Positions 41,001 to 53,200 of a stretch of DNA of 64,000 nt are shown here, in pieces (position 1 is the stretch's first letter; each line of letters starts with the position of its first letter). Position numbers and translations under genes: made by a program. The stretch covers positions 327,360,001-327,424,000 of the forward strand of contig OZ024742.1 in NCBI GenBank assembly GCA_964016885.1, written 5' to 3'. This stretch comes from Eledone cirrhosa. Lineage: Eukaryota. The notes under the pieces were generated by a model. The model had not been told where the DNA came from, ran no database searches, and saw only the letters and a list, made by a program, of their open reading frames with translations.

Positions 41001-44000
41001 GTAGATCTCTTACCAAAGGTGTTCCAGCCATCATTCTTTATTAAGAGTAGATGTCTTACCAAAGGTGTCCCAGCCATCATTCTTTATTGAGAGTAGATGT
41101 CTTACCAAAGGTGTCCCAGCCATCATTCTTTATTGAGAGTAGATGTCTTACCAAAGGTGTTCCAGCTATCATTCTTTTATTGAGAGTAGATCTCTTACCA
41201 AAGGTGTTTCAGCCATCATTCTTTATTGAGAGTAGATCTCTTACCAAAGGTGTCCCAGCCATCATTCTTTATTGAGAGTAGATCACTTACCAAAAGGTAT
41301 TCCAGCCATCATTCTTTATTGAGAGTAGATCTCTTACCAAATGTGTCCCAGCCATCATTCTTTATTGAGAGTAGATCTCTTACCAAACGTGTTCCAGCAA
41401 TAATTCTTTATTGAGACTAGATCTCTTACCAAAAGTGTCCCAGCCATCATTCTTTATTGAGAGTAGATCTCTTACCAAAAGTGTTCCAGCCATCATTCTT
41501 TATTGAGACTAGATCTCTTACCAAAAGTGTCCCAGCCATCATTCTTTATTGAGAGTAGATCTCTTACCAAAGGTGTTCCAGCCATCATTCTTTATTGAGA
41601 GTAGATCTCTTACAAAAGGTATTCCAGCCATCATTCTTTATTGAGAATAGATCTCTTACCAAACGTGTCGCAGTCATTATTCTTTATTGAGAGTAGATCT
41701 CTTACCAAAAGTGTTGCAACCATCATTCTTTATTGACAGTAGATCTCTTACCAAAAGTGTTCCAGCCATCATTCTTTATTGAGAGTAGATCTCTTACCAA
41801 AAGTGTCCCAGCGATCATTCTTTATTGAAAGTAGATCTCTTACCAAAAGTGTTCCAGCCAATATTCTTTATTGAGAGTAGATCTCTTACCAAAAGTGTTC
41901 CAGCCTTTATTCTTTATTGAGAGTAGATCTCTTACCAAAGGTGTTCCATCCATCATTCTTTATTGAGAGTAGATCTCTTACCAAAGGTGTTCCAGCCATC
42001 ATTCTTTATTGAGAGTAGATCTCTTACCAAAGGTGATCCAGCCATTATTCTTTATTGAGACTAAATCTCTTACCAAAGGTCTTCCAGCCATCATTCTTTA
42101 TTGAGACTAGATCTCTTACCAAAAGTGTCCCAGCCATCATTCTTTATTGAGAGTAGATCTCTTACCAAAGGTGTTCCAACCATCATTCTTTATTGAGACT
42201 AGAGCTCTTACCATAGGTGTTCCAGCCATTATTCTTTATTGAGAGTAGATCTCTTTCCAAACGTGTCCCAGCAATCATTCTTTATTGAGAGTAGATCACT
42301 TACCAAAAGTGTTCCAACTATCATTCTTTATTGAGAGTAGATCACTTACCAAAGGTGTCCCAGCCATCATTCTTTATTGAGAGTAGATGTCTTGCCAAAG
42401 TGTCCCAGCCATCATTCTTTATTGAGAGTAGAACTCTTACCAAAGGGGTTCCAGCCATCATTCTTTGTTGAGAGCAGATCTCTTACCAAAGGTGTTCCAG
42501 CCATCATTCTTTTATTGAGAGTAGATCTTTTACCACCGGTGTTCCAACCATCATTCTTTATTGAGAGTAGATCTCTTAGCAAAGGCGTTCCAGCCATCAT
42601 TCTTTATTGAGAGTAGATCTCTTACCAAAGGTGTTCCAGCAATAATTCTTTATTGAGACTAGATCTGTTACCAAAATTACCCAGCCATCATTCTTTATTT
42701 TAGAGTAGATCTCTTACCAAAAGTGTTCCAGCCATCATTCTTTATTGGGACTAGATCTCTTACCAAAGGTGTTCCAGCCATCATTCTTTATTGAGACTAG
42801 ATCTTTTACCAAAAGTGTCCCAGCCATCATTCTTTATTGAGAGTAGATCTCTTACCAAAAGTGTTCCAGCCATCATTCTTTATTGAGACTAGATCTCTTA
42901 CCAAAGGTGTTCCAACTATCATTCTTTATTGAGAGTAGATCACTTACCAAAGGTGTCCCAGCCATCATTCTTTATTGAGAGTAGATGTCTTACCAAAGGA
43001 TTTCCAGCCATCATTCTTTATTGAGAGTAGATCTCTTACCAAATGTGTTCCAGCCATGATTCTTTATTGAGAGTAGATCTCTTACCAAAGGTGTTCCGGC
43101 CATCATTCTTTATTGAGAGTAGATCTCTTACCAAAGGTGTTCCAGCCATCATTCTTTATTGAGAGTAGATCACTTACCAAAGGTGTCCCAGCCATTATTC
43201 TTTATTGAGAGTAGATCTCTTACCAAAGGTGTCCCAGTCATCATTCTATATTGAGAGTAGATCTCTTACCAAAGGTGTTCCAGCCATCATTCTTTATTGA
43301 GAGTAGATCTCTTACCAAAGGTGTACCAGCCATCATTCTTTACGGAGAGTAGATCTCTTACCAAAGGTGTTCCAGCCATCATTCTTTATTGAGAGTAGAT
43401 CTCTTACTAAAGGTGTCCCAGCTATCATTCTTTATTGAGAGTAGATCTCTTACCAAAGGTGTTCCAGCCATTATTTTTTATTGAGAGTAGATCTCTTACC
43501 AAAGGTGTTCCAGCTATCATTCTTTATTGAGAGTAGATCTCTTACCAAAGGTGTCCCAGCCATTATTTTTTATTGAGAGTAGATCTCTTACCAAAGGTGT
43601 TCCAGCCATCATTATTTATTGAGAGTAGATGTCTTACCAAAAGTGTTCTAGCCATCATTCTTTATTGAGAGTAGATCTCTTACCAAAGGTTGTCCAGCCA
43701 TCATTCTTTATTGAGAGTAGATCTCTTACCAAAAGTGTTCTAGCCATCATTCTTTATTGAGAGTAGATGTCTTACCAAAGGTGTTCCAGCCATCATTCTT
43801 TATTTAGAGTAGATCTCTTACCAAAAGTGTTCCAGCCATCATTCTTTATTGAGAGTAGATCTCTTACCAAAAGTGTTCCAGCCATCATTCTTTATTGAGA
43901 GTAGATGTCTTACGAAAAGTGTCCCAGCCATCATTCTTTTTTGAGAGTAGATCTCTTACCAAAGGTGTTCCAGCCATCATTCTTTATTGAGAGTAGATCT

Positions 44001-44032
44001 CTTACCAAAAGTGTTCCAGCCATCATTCTTTA
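14070..44032. repeat. 46-bp satellite array, ~30 kb, ~650 head-to-tail monomers with higher-order repeats
   Basis: Consensus GAGAGTAGATCTCTTACCAAAGGTGTTCCAGCCATCATTCTTTATT. Period 46 (gccatcattc at 14101 and 14147). Single orientation; no foreign insertion seen. Confidence 0.98.
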
Positions 44033-44150
44033 TAACCTTGACAGCATTGGTCACTGTTCCTTTCTTGTTGAAATTGGCAGTGTTTGACTTGAACGAATTT
44101 AGCTGCTATTTCTAACAGATTGAGAGAACATATAGCAGCTTCCTTGCAGG
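44033..44150 (+). mobile_element. Dispersed-repeat body continuing from the last satellite monomer
   Basis: Contains atttagctgctatttctaaca (~44097-44117), the motif also amplified in the 49-bp repeat at 61-63.8 kb. Confidence 0.4.
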
Positions 44151-44640
44151 CTCTTATATAATTATGTTATGCTGGTAAAAGTGCTGTTAGTTGTGGTGTA
44201 GGTGATGATGCTGGTTGTGACCAATATGTTAGTAGTTGTAATAGAGGAAGTTGTTGTTGTTTAACCCTAGGTCAAGTAGACCTATGATGAAAAGCATTCT
44301 AGCAATTACCATTCAGTTTTATGTTGGTATGGTGTGGTTGTATGATGGAGATTGTGGTAGTGGCGGTAGATGTAGCAGTGATAATTACACTTTCCCATTC
44401 CCCACCATCGCAGACAGCAAATGTAAAACCCATCTAAGCGTTCTGCAAATATTTATCCAATAAAGCAAGTTTTGTTATTTGGGACCTAATTTTGCCTAAT
44501 AGACGCCATTCTGTCTACCAAACAAATCACACTGGACCACCGCCTTATCAATAATATAGCTTGTAGTTGTATAGCACTGGTGTCTCATTAATGTAGCCAT
44601 CACATTGCATGGTTGTAAGTTTGTGAGTGTGTGTCTGTGT

Positions 44641-44717
<77 letters not shown>

Positions 44718-45024
44718 CATAGTTCAAAATCAGTCAGCTTGCAGGGCATCTGAAATTGTGAGGGCCCTCTGTTTGGATTTTACTATATCAACTCTGCACT
44801 TAAACATTCATTGAGCACTACATTGATCTGGGATCTTCCTGGTCTCCATGTCACAAACACTTCATGTATATATATATATATATATCATATACATGTAAAA
44901 TTTGTCAGCAATATACTTTGTATCTCGATAAAAAAGATTGCTAAGAATCTAATTTAAGTGTAAAAGTATCTTAAATAAAAATACAGACTGCCCTTTGGAT
45001 AGTCTGTATTATATTTAAGATATT

Positions 45025-45072
<48 letters not shown>

Positions 45073-45504
45073 CATATATATGGGTGTGGGTGTATGTGTG
45101 AAATCATACACACACGTCACTCATGCATATATACATAGATATAGATATATATAGATATAGCTATAGATATATAATGTGTGTGCTGACTTTTGATTACTTC
45201 AGTGAACGATGGAAAGATAGAAAAGTAATTATTGAAGTTGACTAAAAGATACTTTGGGGATTTAAAAAAAAAATGAACAACAATTTTTGTTTTTTAAATA
45301 GAGTATAGTGATTTGAAAAAACACTATTTAGGATACCAAATGTACCATTCTCCATGACATTATTTCTAAACTGGATATACCATTGCCCAGTGTCTCTTTA
45401 GAAAATGTAATAAAGTGATCTCAAGAGATGTTTTTTTCTCTACTACATATACTGCAGACTTTATATATATATACATATGTATATATATATATCACTTTGA
45501 TCAG

Positions 45505-45740
45505 CCAGACTGATGGATGTCACTTTGAATCCACACGATTGATCCTTGGGCTGACTGCTGAACCTTTAGTGTTCAGTTCGTCCAGCATGGTCTGTAGCTG
45601 CCTGGTATTTTCTGCGATGAGCATAATGTTATCTGTGATCTGGTGGTGGGTGAGCAGCTCACCAATGGTTTGTACACTGTCATCTCAGTTAATGTCTCTG
45701 ATGACCATTTCAAGACATGCCGGTGGAGGGCAGCTATAGA
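45505..45740 (-). mobile_element. Degenerate RTE RT fragment (downstream part)
   Basis: Minus strand reads TDNIMLIAENTRQLQTMLDELNTKGSAVSPRINRVDSK, resembling the RTE motif ADDIVLIA..LQxMLxEL..GLxINxxKTK. Confidence 0.6.
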
Positions 45741-46149
45741 CAGTCACCACTCTGCATTTTAATCCCTACATAAGAGAGGAGTATATATTTATCATCCAAT
45801 ATGCCTCCTGTCACATATATACAAGCTGCCTTCTCCATTCTATCTGCTGGGCCATGGGGTGGCCAGCACGTGGGACCCCATTTGCACATAATACAGAGAG
45901 ATGGGGGAGGGCCAGAGAGATGGAGGCAATGAAAGTGGGAGTTCGGCTCTTATGTGTTCAGACCTGGTCTGAGCATCAGCTGTCCCTTGAGAGGTAATGG
46001 TTTGTACTTATCGAAGGTTTTAGAACCTTGTGTCCTAACTTATGAGCTGTGTTTAAGAGCCACTCACCCCACTCACCCTAGCATACCTTCACCCCAGTAA
46101 TGCACTGCCAAATTGTTACTACTGCCCCACATACACTGATGAATGAAGA

Positions 46150-46463
46150 TCAGTGTATGTCAAGAGAACAGGTAGGCTTCAGATAAACCTTGAGCACGAT
46201 GGATCACTCTGATGCAATTGTTGGAGTCAGCAAAAGAGTACCTGTTGCCTTTGTCCATCACATTTGTTTACTACAAGAAGGTCTTCAACAGTGTCAAGAT
46301 CAATGCAGTGCTGCAGTCACTTGAGAAGTAAGGTGTTGCAGCACAGTACATGAACCTTCTTAGGGAGGCAAATTCAGGATGCACTACGGATGTGGCCCTG
46401 TTGTCATCACCTGTGCCTGTTTCGGGCGAGAAGGGCATCAAACAAGAAGATTCCATCTCTCCA
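46150..46463 (+). mobile_element. Degenerate RTE RT fragment (upstream part)
   Basis: REQVGFR*TLSTMDH...KEYLLPLSITFVYYKKVFNSV...GIKQEDSISP, resembling RTE EQAGFR..STxDH..EYxxPL..FVDYxKAFDSV..GVxQGDxISP. Confidence 0.7.
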
Positions 46464-46548
46464 ATATATATATATCATCATCATCATCATCATTTCATTT
46501 TAAGTCCGCTTTTTTCCCTGCTTGCAAGTATATATATATATATATATA

Positions 46549-46845
46549 TATTAATAAAAGGAATTCCAACTTTGTCTGATTTACTCGTTTTATTTACAAT
46601 CCTTTAATTTTCAACTGTCAGTTGAAAATTGCAAACTTGACTGTCATCACAGAATATGAACCCGAAGATTGCGAAAGCATGAAAGTACTTGTTCAATTAA
46701 CACTTAACATTTAATATTCTACCATACTATTTCATTATAATATCATTATAATTTTAAAGGATTGTAAATAAAACGAGTAAATCAGACAAAGGTGGAATTC
46801 CTTTTATTAATATAATCTTCTATACACAATCATACACACCCGTGT
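46549..46845 (+). mobile_element. Foldback mini-element with hammerhead and tail in (TA)n
   Basis: 46549-46608 is the reverse complement of 46753-46813. Perfect hairpin aattttcaactg-t-cagttgaaaatt centred at 46619. Tail 46815-46845. Confidence 0.7.
46657..46695 (+). ncRNA. Minimal hammerhead ribozyme candidate (U4>C variant)
   Basis: Stem I TGAAC/GTTCA (perfect), CCGAAGA, t, stem II TGC-GAAA-GCA, t, GAAA, stem III AGTACT, then T. Confidence 0.65.
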
Positions 46846-46864
46846 ATATTTATATTTATATATA

Positions 46865-46969
46865 TATCTGTATGAGCAAGACATGGTCACCTGACTCACT
46901 CACAACAGGATAACTCGTCTAACCCATGCCAGCTTGGAAACATGGACATTAAACAGTGATGATGATGAT
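46865..46969 (+). mobile_element. Short RTE 3' tail fragment
   Basis: gagcaagacatggtc...aacccatgccagcttggaaacatggacattaaac...(gat)n. Confidence 0.7.
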
Positions 46970-46998
46970 ATATATAAAATCAAAATATTGGAAGATAT

Positions 46999-47346
46999 GG
47001 AGGCACATGGCTTAGTGGTTAGAGTATTGGCCTTGCAATCGAAAGGTTGTGAGTTCAATTCTCAGACTGGGTGATATGTTGTTTCCTTGAGCAAGACACT
47101 TTATTTCACATTGCTCCAGTTTACTCAGCTGTAGAAATGAGATGATAGGCACTGGGGTCCCTATCATTCCACTGCAAAGTGGTTGTGTAGGTGCCACGGC
47201 AAAAAAGCACCCAGCGCTCACTGTAAATGAGGTTGGTGTTAGGAATGGCATCCAGCTGTAGAAATCAAGGCAGAATTAGTTCCCGTCCCACCCTTGCAAG
47301 CAGGGAAAAGCGGACGTAAAATGAAATGATGATGATGATGATGATG
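46999..47346 (+). mobile_element. SINE family B, full length (tRNA head, CORE-like domain, RTE 3' tail)
   Basis: A box tggcttagtgg, B box gagttcaattc, ccttgagcaagacactt, then RTE-like gttggtgttaggaatggcatccagctgtagaaa and (gat)n. Confidence 0.88.
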
Positions 47347-48159
47347 AAGGATTTCTATACAAATTGTGTTATATGAAAAGAATAATAAAGATTTGAAAAA
47401 AGCACCGAATGTGTTTTTATTTATTATATATACATGTTACCTTTACAGTACACAAGAACAAACATAATAAAGAATAGTTTTTAATAAAGAATAGTTTTTG
47501 CATTTTTGTACTTGACTGATTTCGCTTAAAACAGCTTTTCAAAAGTTTTTCCCTGTCTAATTCTCTAGGTTTCCATTCATAATGTTATTGTCATTTATGT
47601 TTTTGTTAAAAACAGGGACACACTGATTGTATCTTTGTTGGATCAGTTGTAGGGAGGGAGAATGGGTTTAGAAGAAAGGTCAGTATGAAACCATATGTGT
47701 ATGACAATAGGTGAAGGCATAAGGAAGGTTGGCAGGTATGATGTCATGTGGTAGTAACATGTCTAAAGTGATTTCTAAGAATGAGGAGAGAGAGTAATCA
47801 TGGAAGTGGTGACATGAATAGTTATCAAAAAGCTATGACAAGTTTGGGGAGGTTTAAAAGAGGGAGAAGTACTCTCAGATAGAATGGGTGAGTACAGCGA
47901 TGATGAGGGTGGTTGCTAAGGAGCAATAGTGTGGGGGAGTATGGGCAGGCTGGGATAGGCTGTGTCACATCCATACTGAAGACACATTAGCTGATGGAGG
48001 TTGCTGATATTATAGCAAAACTGGAGGAGGAAGGGAGCATCTTGTTTTTATAGGTAGGTTTTCTCCAGTATCACATGTTGCCATTCATCATGAGCCTGTG
48101 TTATATCTGTCATATGGTTCAGCTTCCTGAGGCTGACCTTCACTACTTCATTCTGTCTT

Positions 48160-48400
48160 CTTAAATCTACCTCTTCCATTGGCCTCATCCGCTGAGATTT
48201 CTTTGTGGTTTATACAACTGTTACATTCCATGTGCAACACATGTCCATACCAGCTTCTTTCATGTATACTATGCTGGATACATTTTATAACAATTTCTTC
48301 TTTCAGTTCACTTATATTATGTCATTCATGCACACTACCATTATGTATCCACTGGGGCATACTTGCTTTACTTCTTTCTAGCCTTTTTCTTCTTACTAAT
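48160..48400 (-). mobile_element. Degenerate RTE C-terminal fragment
   Basis: Minus strand ctggtatggacatgtgttgcacatgg (WYGHVLHM), as in the RTE copies at 1.1 and 3.2 kb. Confidence 0.5.
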
Positions 48401-48469
48401 GCTACTACTATTTTAACTTTGCCTTTCATCCTTATGGGGTCTGTCTATCTTAAGCCATTTAAAGTTCAT

Positions 48470-48722
48470 TAGATTGGTGCTTATCCCGGTTTCATGGCAT
48501 GAAGTGACTGATAGTATAAGACTTCCCACTGGACAGGAAGCCAGTACATCGTAGGGTTAAACCTCCAGCTATTACTGGTACTCATTTTCAGCTGAGTATA
48601 CTGGAGCAATGGGAAATGAAGTGTTTTGCTCAAGAATGCAACACATAACCCAGCTCAAGAATCAAACTCACAACTTTATGATTGTAAGTCCAACACCCTT
48701 ACCACTAGGCCATGTGCCTCCA
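48470..48722 (-). mobile_element. SINE family B relative with different 3' part
   Basis: Minus-strand head ggaggcacatggcctagtgg and cttgagcaaaacacttcatttc. Confidence 0.7.
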
Positions 48723-48835
48723 CACTCAGCTTTGCACCTCCACATCCTAATGCACCAGTAACACACTGGGGTCGATTTTATTGACTCTCTCTTCCCCAAA
48801 ATTGTTGGTCTTGTGCCTAAAATCAGAAACCATTA

Positions 48836-49022
48836 TGGTGAATTGGCAGTATCGATAGAGGGTTGGACATGCTTTGACGCATAGAGTTACAGCCCTTGTC
48901 ATTCTGAGTTCAAATCTCGCCGAGGTTAACTTTGCCTTTCATCATTACGGGGTCGATAAAATAAAGTACCAGTAATGCACTGGGTAATTACTGGTCTTGT
49001 GTCAAAAGTATAAACAATTATT
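48836..49022 (+). mobile_element. SINE family A
   Basis: Head, B box, core and end. Confidence 0.85.
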
Positions 49023-49140
49023 ACTATCATCATTATGACATCCCTGAATACTGGATTCATCTTTATCACAGTCATGTTAATCTGTCAATAGTGCATTAAT
49101 TCACCAGTCAGCCTTTCTTTAACTGTAGTAAAACTTGTAA

Positions 49141-49805
49141 CCCTTTAGCATTTACATTACTCTATATTTACTACTATATTTTCGGCAGAATCGGTTGAGG
49201 GTTGAACACCATGTTTTGCAACATAGAGTTATGGCCCTTTGCGTTCTGAGTTCAAATCCCACCGAGGTTAACTTTGCCTTTCATCCTTACAGGGTAGATA
49301 AAATAAAGTACCAGTAATGCACTGGGATAATTGCTGGCCTTGTGCCAAAAGTAGAAACAATTATATTTTCACGATAAAGGCTTTATCTCACATATCTCAC
49401 ATAGTATCAAATCTATGAGATTTTGTTGTTATTTATTTTGAGAACAAGGGGTTGACGATCCAAATAACTCCAAGTAACTTATTCTTGTTAATCTTTCACT
49501 CCATCTTTCTCTCCATCTCTCCATCGTTCTAGTCCATATCCCCCCCCTCTATAACCCCCTCTGTTCTCATCTCTTTCTCCCTCTCTCTCTCATACTCTCT
49601 GTTTGATTTGTGGTTATATCTTAACCCCCAAAATTTTAATATGCAAATAGTATACAGCTGGTAACGGCTACCTTCCGTGCTGAGAATACTCAAATTTTAT
49701 GAATATTAATACCTTAACATAAGTATGAGTAGCCAGTTACAGCGAGTTTGAACAAAATAGGTGAGAGAATTCTGGCCAGATACAGTTGATTTAAATGCTA
49801 AAGGG
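49141..49805 (+). mobile_element. piggyBac-like MITE with two nested insertions
   Basis: ccctttagcattta...aaatgctaaaggg. SINE A at 49183-49361 with TSD tatattttc. Second insert ~49449-49708 splits the gagaacaa|taccttaac junction seen intact at 2573-2589. Confidence 0.75.
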
Positions 49806-50310
49806 ATAAGGTGAAATGATGATTTTGTAAATGAAAAAATTGGAAGAATATATTACATGTACAAGGTGTCACTTGTCTCAATCAACAAGTTGTGTCAGCT
49901 GAGTATTTAATGACAAACAACTAATTTATGTCATACAGTACTTTTACTGGTAACAGATTGAAATTTATTGTATCAATACTGGATAGATGACTTTTTGTTT
50001 GATTAACTTTTAGTTGTTACCATCATATCTATAATAGAATATTTCCTCTGACCTATATTTTCTCAAATACCTAAAGATTGTCATTGCTGTTAGAAAAGTA
50101 TTTGACTGATTAAAAAGCCAGTAGTTTTACTCTTATCACCATCTCTGCTTCATCCTTGTTTAGTGATTTTGTCATCACTACTTCTGCAAGTACATTGACA
50201 TCTGCCTAGCTAAAGAAATCTTCTAAGACTGAAACAAAACTAGAGATGTCGCTAGTGCTTGCTAAACGGCACAAAATAATATTGTTTATTCCTCACGGCA
50301 TTATATTTTC

Positions 50311-50411
50311 CGCCGAGGTTAACTTTGCCTTTCATCCTTACGGGGTCGATAAAATAAAGTACCAGTAATGTACTGGGTAATTGCTGGCCTTGTGCCAAAA
50401 GTAGAAACAAT
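50311..50411 (+). mobile_element. 5'-truncated SINE family A
   Basis: TSD attatattttc on both sides. Confidence 0.85.
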
Positions 50412-51212
50412 TATATTTTCTAGTTAGCTTTTTAAAGTATATTGCATCAAATATGTTAATACTAACTTATCTATTGTTTTCTTATGCACATGGTGTCTAA
50501 CAGTAATTTATTCTCTCTATACTTCTTTTCTACATCTATGAGTAACATTATATATTTATTTGGTGATTCTCTCACCATTAATTTGGCAAGTATGGGGAAG
50601 AAGATTAATAAGACTGAAACATATCCTAAGTTGTCTCCCTCACTTACTGAAAAACTCAATATGATATTACTCAATAGTTAATATTGCTTTTTCCATGCCT
50701 CATATTTTTTCTTGTTATCTATTTGATATTCCATGCTTTAAATATGTTAACACTGTGTTGGATCTCCTTCAGTTTCTATAATTAATGTTCCAGTTGTTTG
50801 CTCAAGAAAACTGCTTGTTCATGAAATAAACATGTGAGTGGCTGAGCATTCCACAGACACATGTATCCTTAAAGTAATTTCCAGGAAGATTCAGAATACA
50901 GTGTGTGATAAGGTTACTGCTTTGAATCAGAGGTATAGCTCATTGTTTGCAGCTGAGTGGTCTGTTGATAGTACCAGGTTTGTATTTTATTCATTGACTT
51001 TGGACAGATGAAAGGCAAATTTGACCAGAATGAACACTGCAAATTAATCTATCTGACACCCAACATTACCAATTCGATGCCTGACACACACACATATAAA
51101 TCATACATACATACATGCATACATACATACTTAAATACATAAATATACTTGATTAACTTTTATTCAGTTTCCAGCTATCAAATATCAATCACAAGATATA
51201 ACACAACTTAAC

Positions 51213-51540
51213 TAACTGGGCACTCCGTCGGTTAAGACGATGAGTGTTCCAATTGTTCCAATCAAAGGAACAGCCTGCTCGTCAAATTAACGTGCAAGTG
51301 GCTGAGAATTCCACAGACAAGCATACCCGTAACATAGTTCTCTGGGGAATTCAGTGTGACACCAAACGTGGCAAGGCTAGCTCTAAAAATTACAGATACA
51401 ACTCATTTTTGACAGTAGAGTGGAGTGGTGCAATGGGAAATAAAGTGTCTTGCTTAAAGACACAATGCACCACCAGGAATCGAACTCATGACCTTATGAT
51501 TGTGAGCCAAATACCCTAACCACAAAGCCATGCTCCTTCA
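51213..51540 (-). mobile_element. CORE-like tRNA SINE (third tail type)
   Basis: Minus-strand head gaaggagcatggctttgtggttaggg...gagttcgattcc and taagcaagacactttatttc. Partial diverged copy at ~50810-50960. Confidence 0.65.
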
Positions 51541-52004
51541 ACCTAATGTAATGGTAAACAGCACTTCCCCTACATGCCATAGTTACATCAAACTAGAGAA
51601 TATGTGATTGCACAGCAATCTTTTTATCTATGCATTCATTCCTGCACCCACATATACATTGATGTTAGATTAAATATCAATTATTTCTTACACAGACAAA
51701 AGATCATGCATAAATATAAGGTAATAGATTAGTCAATAGAATCGAACACAAAACCTGATTGTTACATATTTTGTAGACAATGAATGGGGGAAAGCCAAAG
51801 CAATACTGGCCGGAGCAAAATTTATACACACACAACTTAATATATATACATGCTACAATGCTTCTTGACAAGGATATATAAGATAGATCTCAACAACAAT
51901 AAAGTAGAATATATATAGTCTCCCACCCACCATTCACATCACTGCTTTCCCCAGCCTGGCCAAGGACACAGCGAACACCCTAGTGTTGTAACAGGCTGGG
52001 TGAC

Positions 52005-52372
52005 ACAATAAAATGCACCCAGCCCATTTTGTAAAGTTATTGTGTTGGTGCCATGTTAAAACACATCCACCCCATTATATATAGTGATTGTGTTGGTGCT
52101 ATGATAAAATACACCTAGCCCACTCAATAAAGTGGTAGGGCTAGTGTCATGAAAAAAAGCACTCAATCCAACCTGTCAGATGATAGTGGATGTATGTTGA
52201 GAAAACAATCCCAGTACATGCTGTGAAGTGATTAGCATTAGGGAGGGCATCCATTTGTAGAAACCATGCAAAAATGGAATGTATGAGCTGACAGTCTGAA
52301 CTGCCTGTCTAACCTCTGTTTGACAATCTGTCAAACCCATGCAAGCATGGAAAATAGACATAAAATGGTGTA
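52005..52372 (+). mobile_element. Diverged RTE 3' UTR with internal short repeats
   Basis: gcattagggagggcatccatttgtagaaacc...aaacccatgcaagcatggaaaatagacataaaat. Confidence 0.6.
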
Positions 52373-52663
52373 ATATTATATATATATATATATCATATAT
52401 ATAGCAAAACCAAAAGTTTGCAGGCATGCAAAACATTTTTTCATTCTTAGTATGTTTCAGTGACAAGAAGAAGTAATCAATAATCAATAATTTCGATTAA
52501 TTAATTGATTTCCCTCATCAACTCATCAGGAATAATAAAAGTAAAAATATCCCTCAGAATGGAAAATAATAATTAAAATATGATCAGAACACAACAAGCT
52601 TCCTAGTATGTTGTTTAATACAAACTAAGTGGATATCTCCATTTATAAATCTTTGTGCATATA

Positions 52664-53035
52664 TCATCATCCTCATTTAACATCCATTTTCCATGCTAGC
52701 ATGGGTTAGATGAGCTGACACTGTAAACAAAGCATATCCAGCCCACACTGTAAAGTGATCATGTAGATGTCACAAGAAAAAGCACCCAGCCCATACTGTA
52801 AAATGGTCGTGTAGGAGTCACAACAAAAAACACCCAGCACACACTGTAAATGTGGTTGGTATAAGGAAGGGCATCCGGCCATAGAAACCTAGCCAGAAAC
52901 TGTTCTATATGAATAAGACATGGTAACCTGACCTAATTTGCCTCAGATGGGACGACCCCTCTAACGCATGCTAGCGAGGAAAATGGATGTTAAATGAGGA
53001 TGTTAAACGAGGATGTTAAACGAGGATGTTAAACG

Positions 53036-53067
<32 letters not shown>
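52664..53067 (+). mobile_element. RTE 3' UTR with short inverted 3'-end copy at its 5' side
   Basis: 52664-52712 is the reverse complement of the RTE terminus. 52720-53067 is the forward terminus with (gttaaacgaggat) iterations and (gat)n. Confidence 0.7.
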
Positions 53068-53068
<1 letters not shown>

Positions 53069-53142
53069 ATATATATATTTACATAGAACTCATAACATTA
53101 AGTTCATATGTAGATATGTCATTATTTGTAAACCAATTATTG

Positions 53143-53200
53143 TATTTTATCTGACGATAGCGTACCAAAATACTGGTACCCTTGAAATATATATAAAATA
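53143..53200 (+). ncRNA. Minimal hammerhead ribozyme candidate
   Basis: Stem I tatttta/taaaata, CTGACGA (53151-57), stem II GTACCA-aaatac-TGGTAC, GAAA (53184-87), stem III ATATAT, then A. Confidence 0.65.

Noticed and set aside
14070-44032. CRISPR array or repeat-protein gene
   Set aside because: Monomers are contiguous with no unique spacers, the context is eukaryotic, and 46 is not a multiple of 3, so the short ORFs are by-products of indel variants.
44964-45025. Small hairpin tatcttaaata...tacagact/agtctgta...tatttaagata
   Set aside because: Possibly another tiny foldback, but too short and AT-rich to classify.
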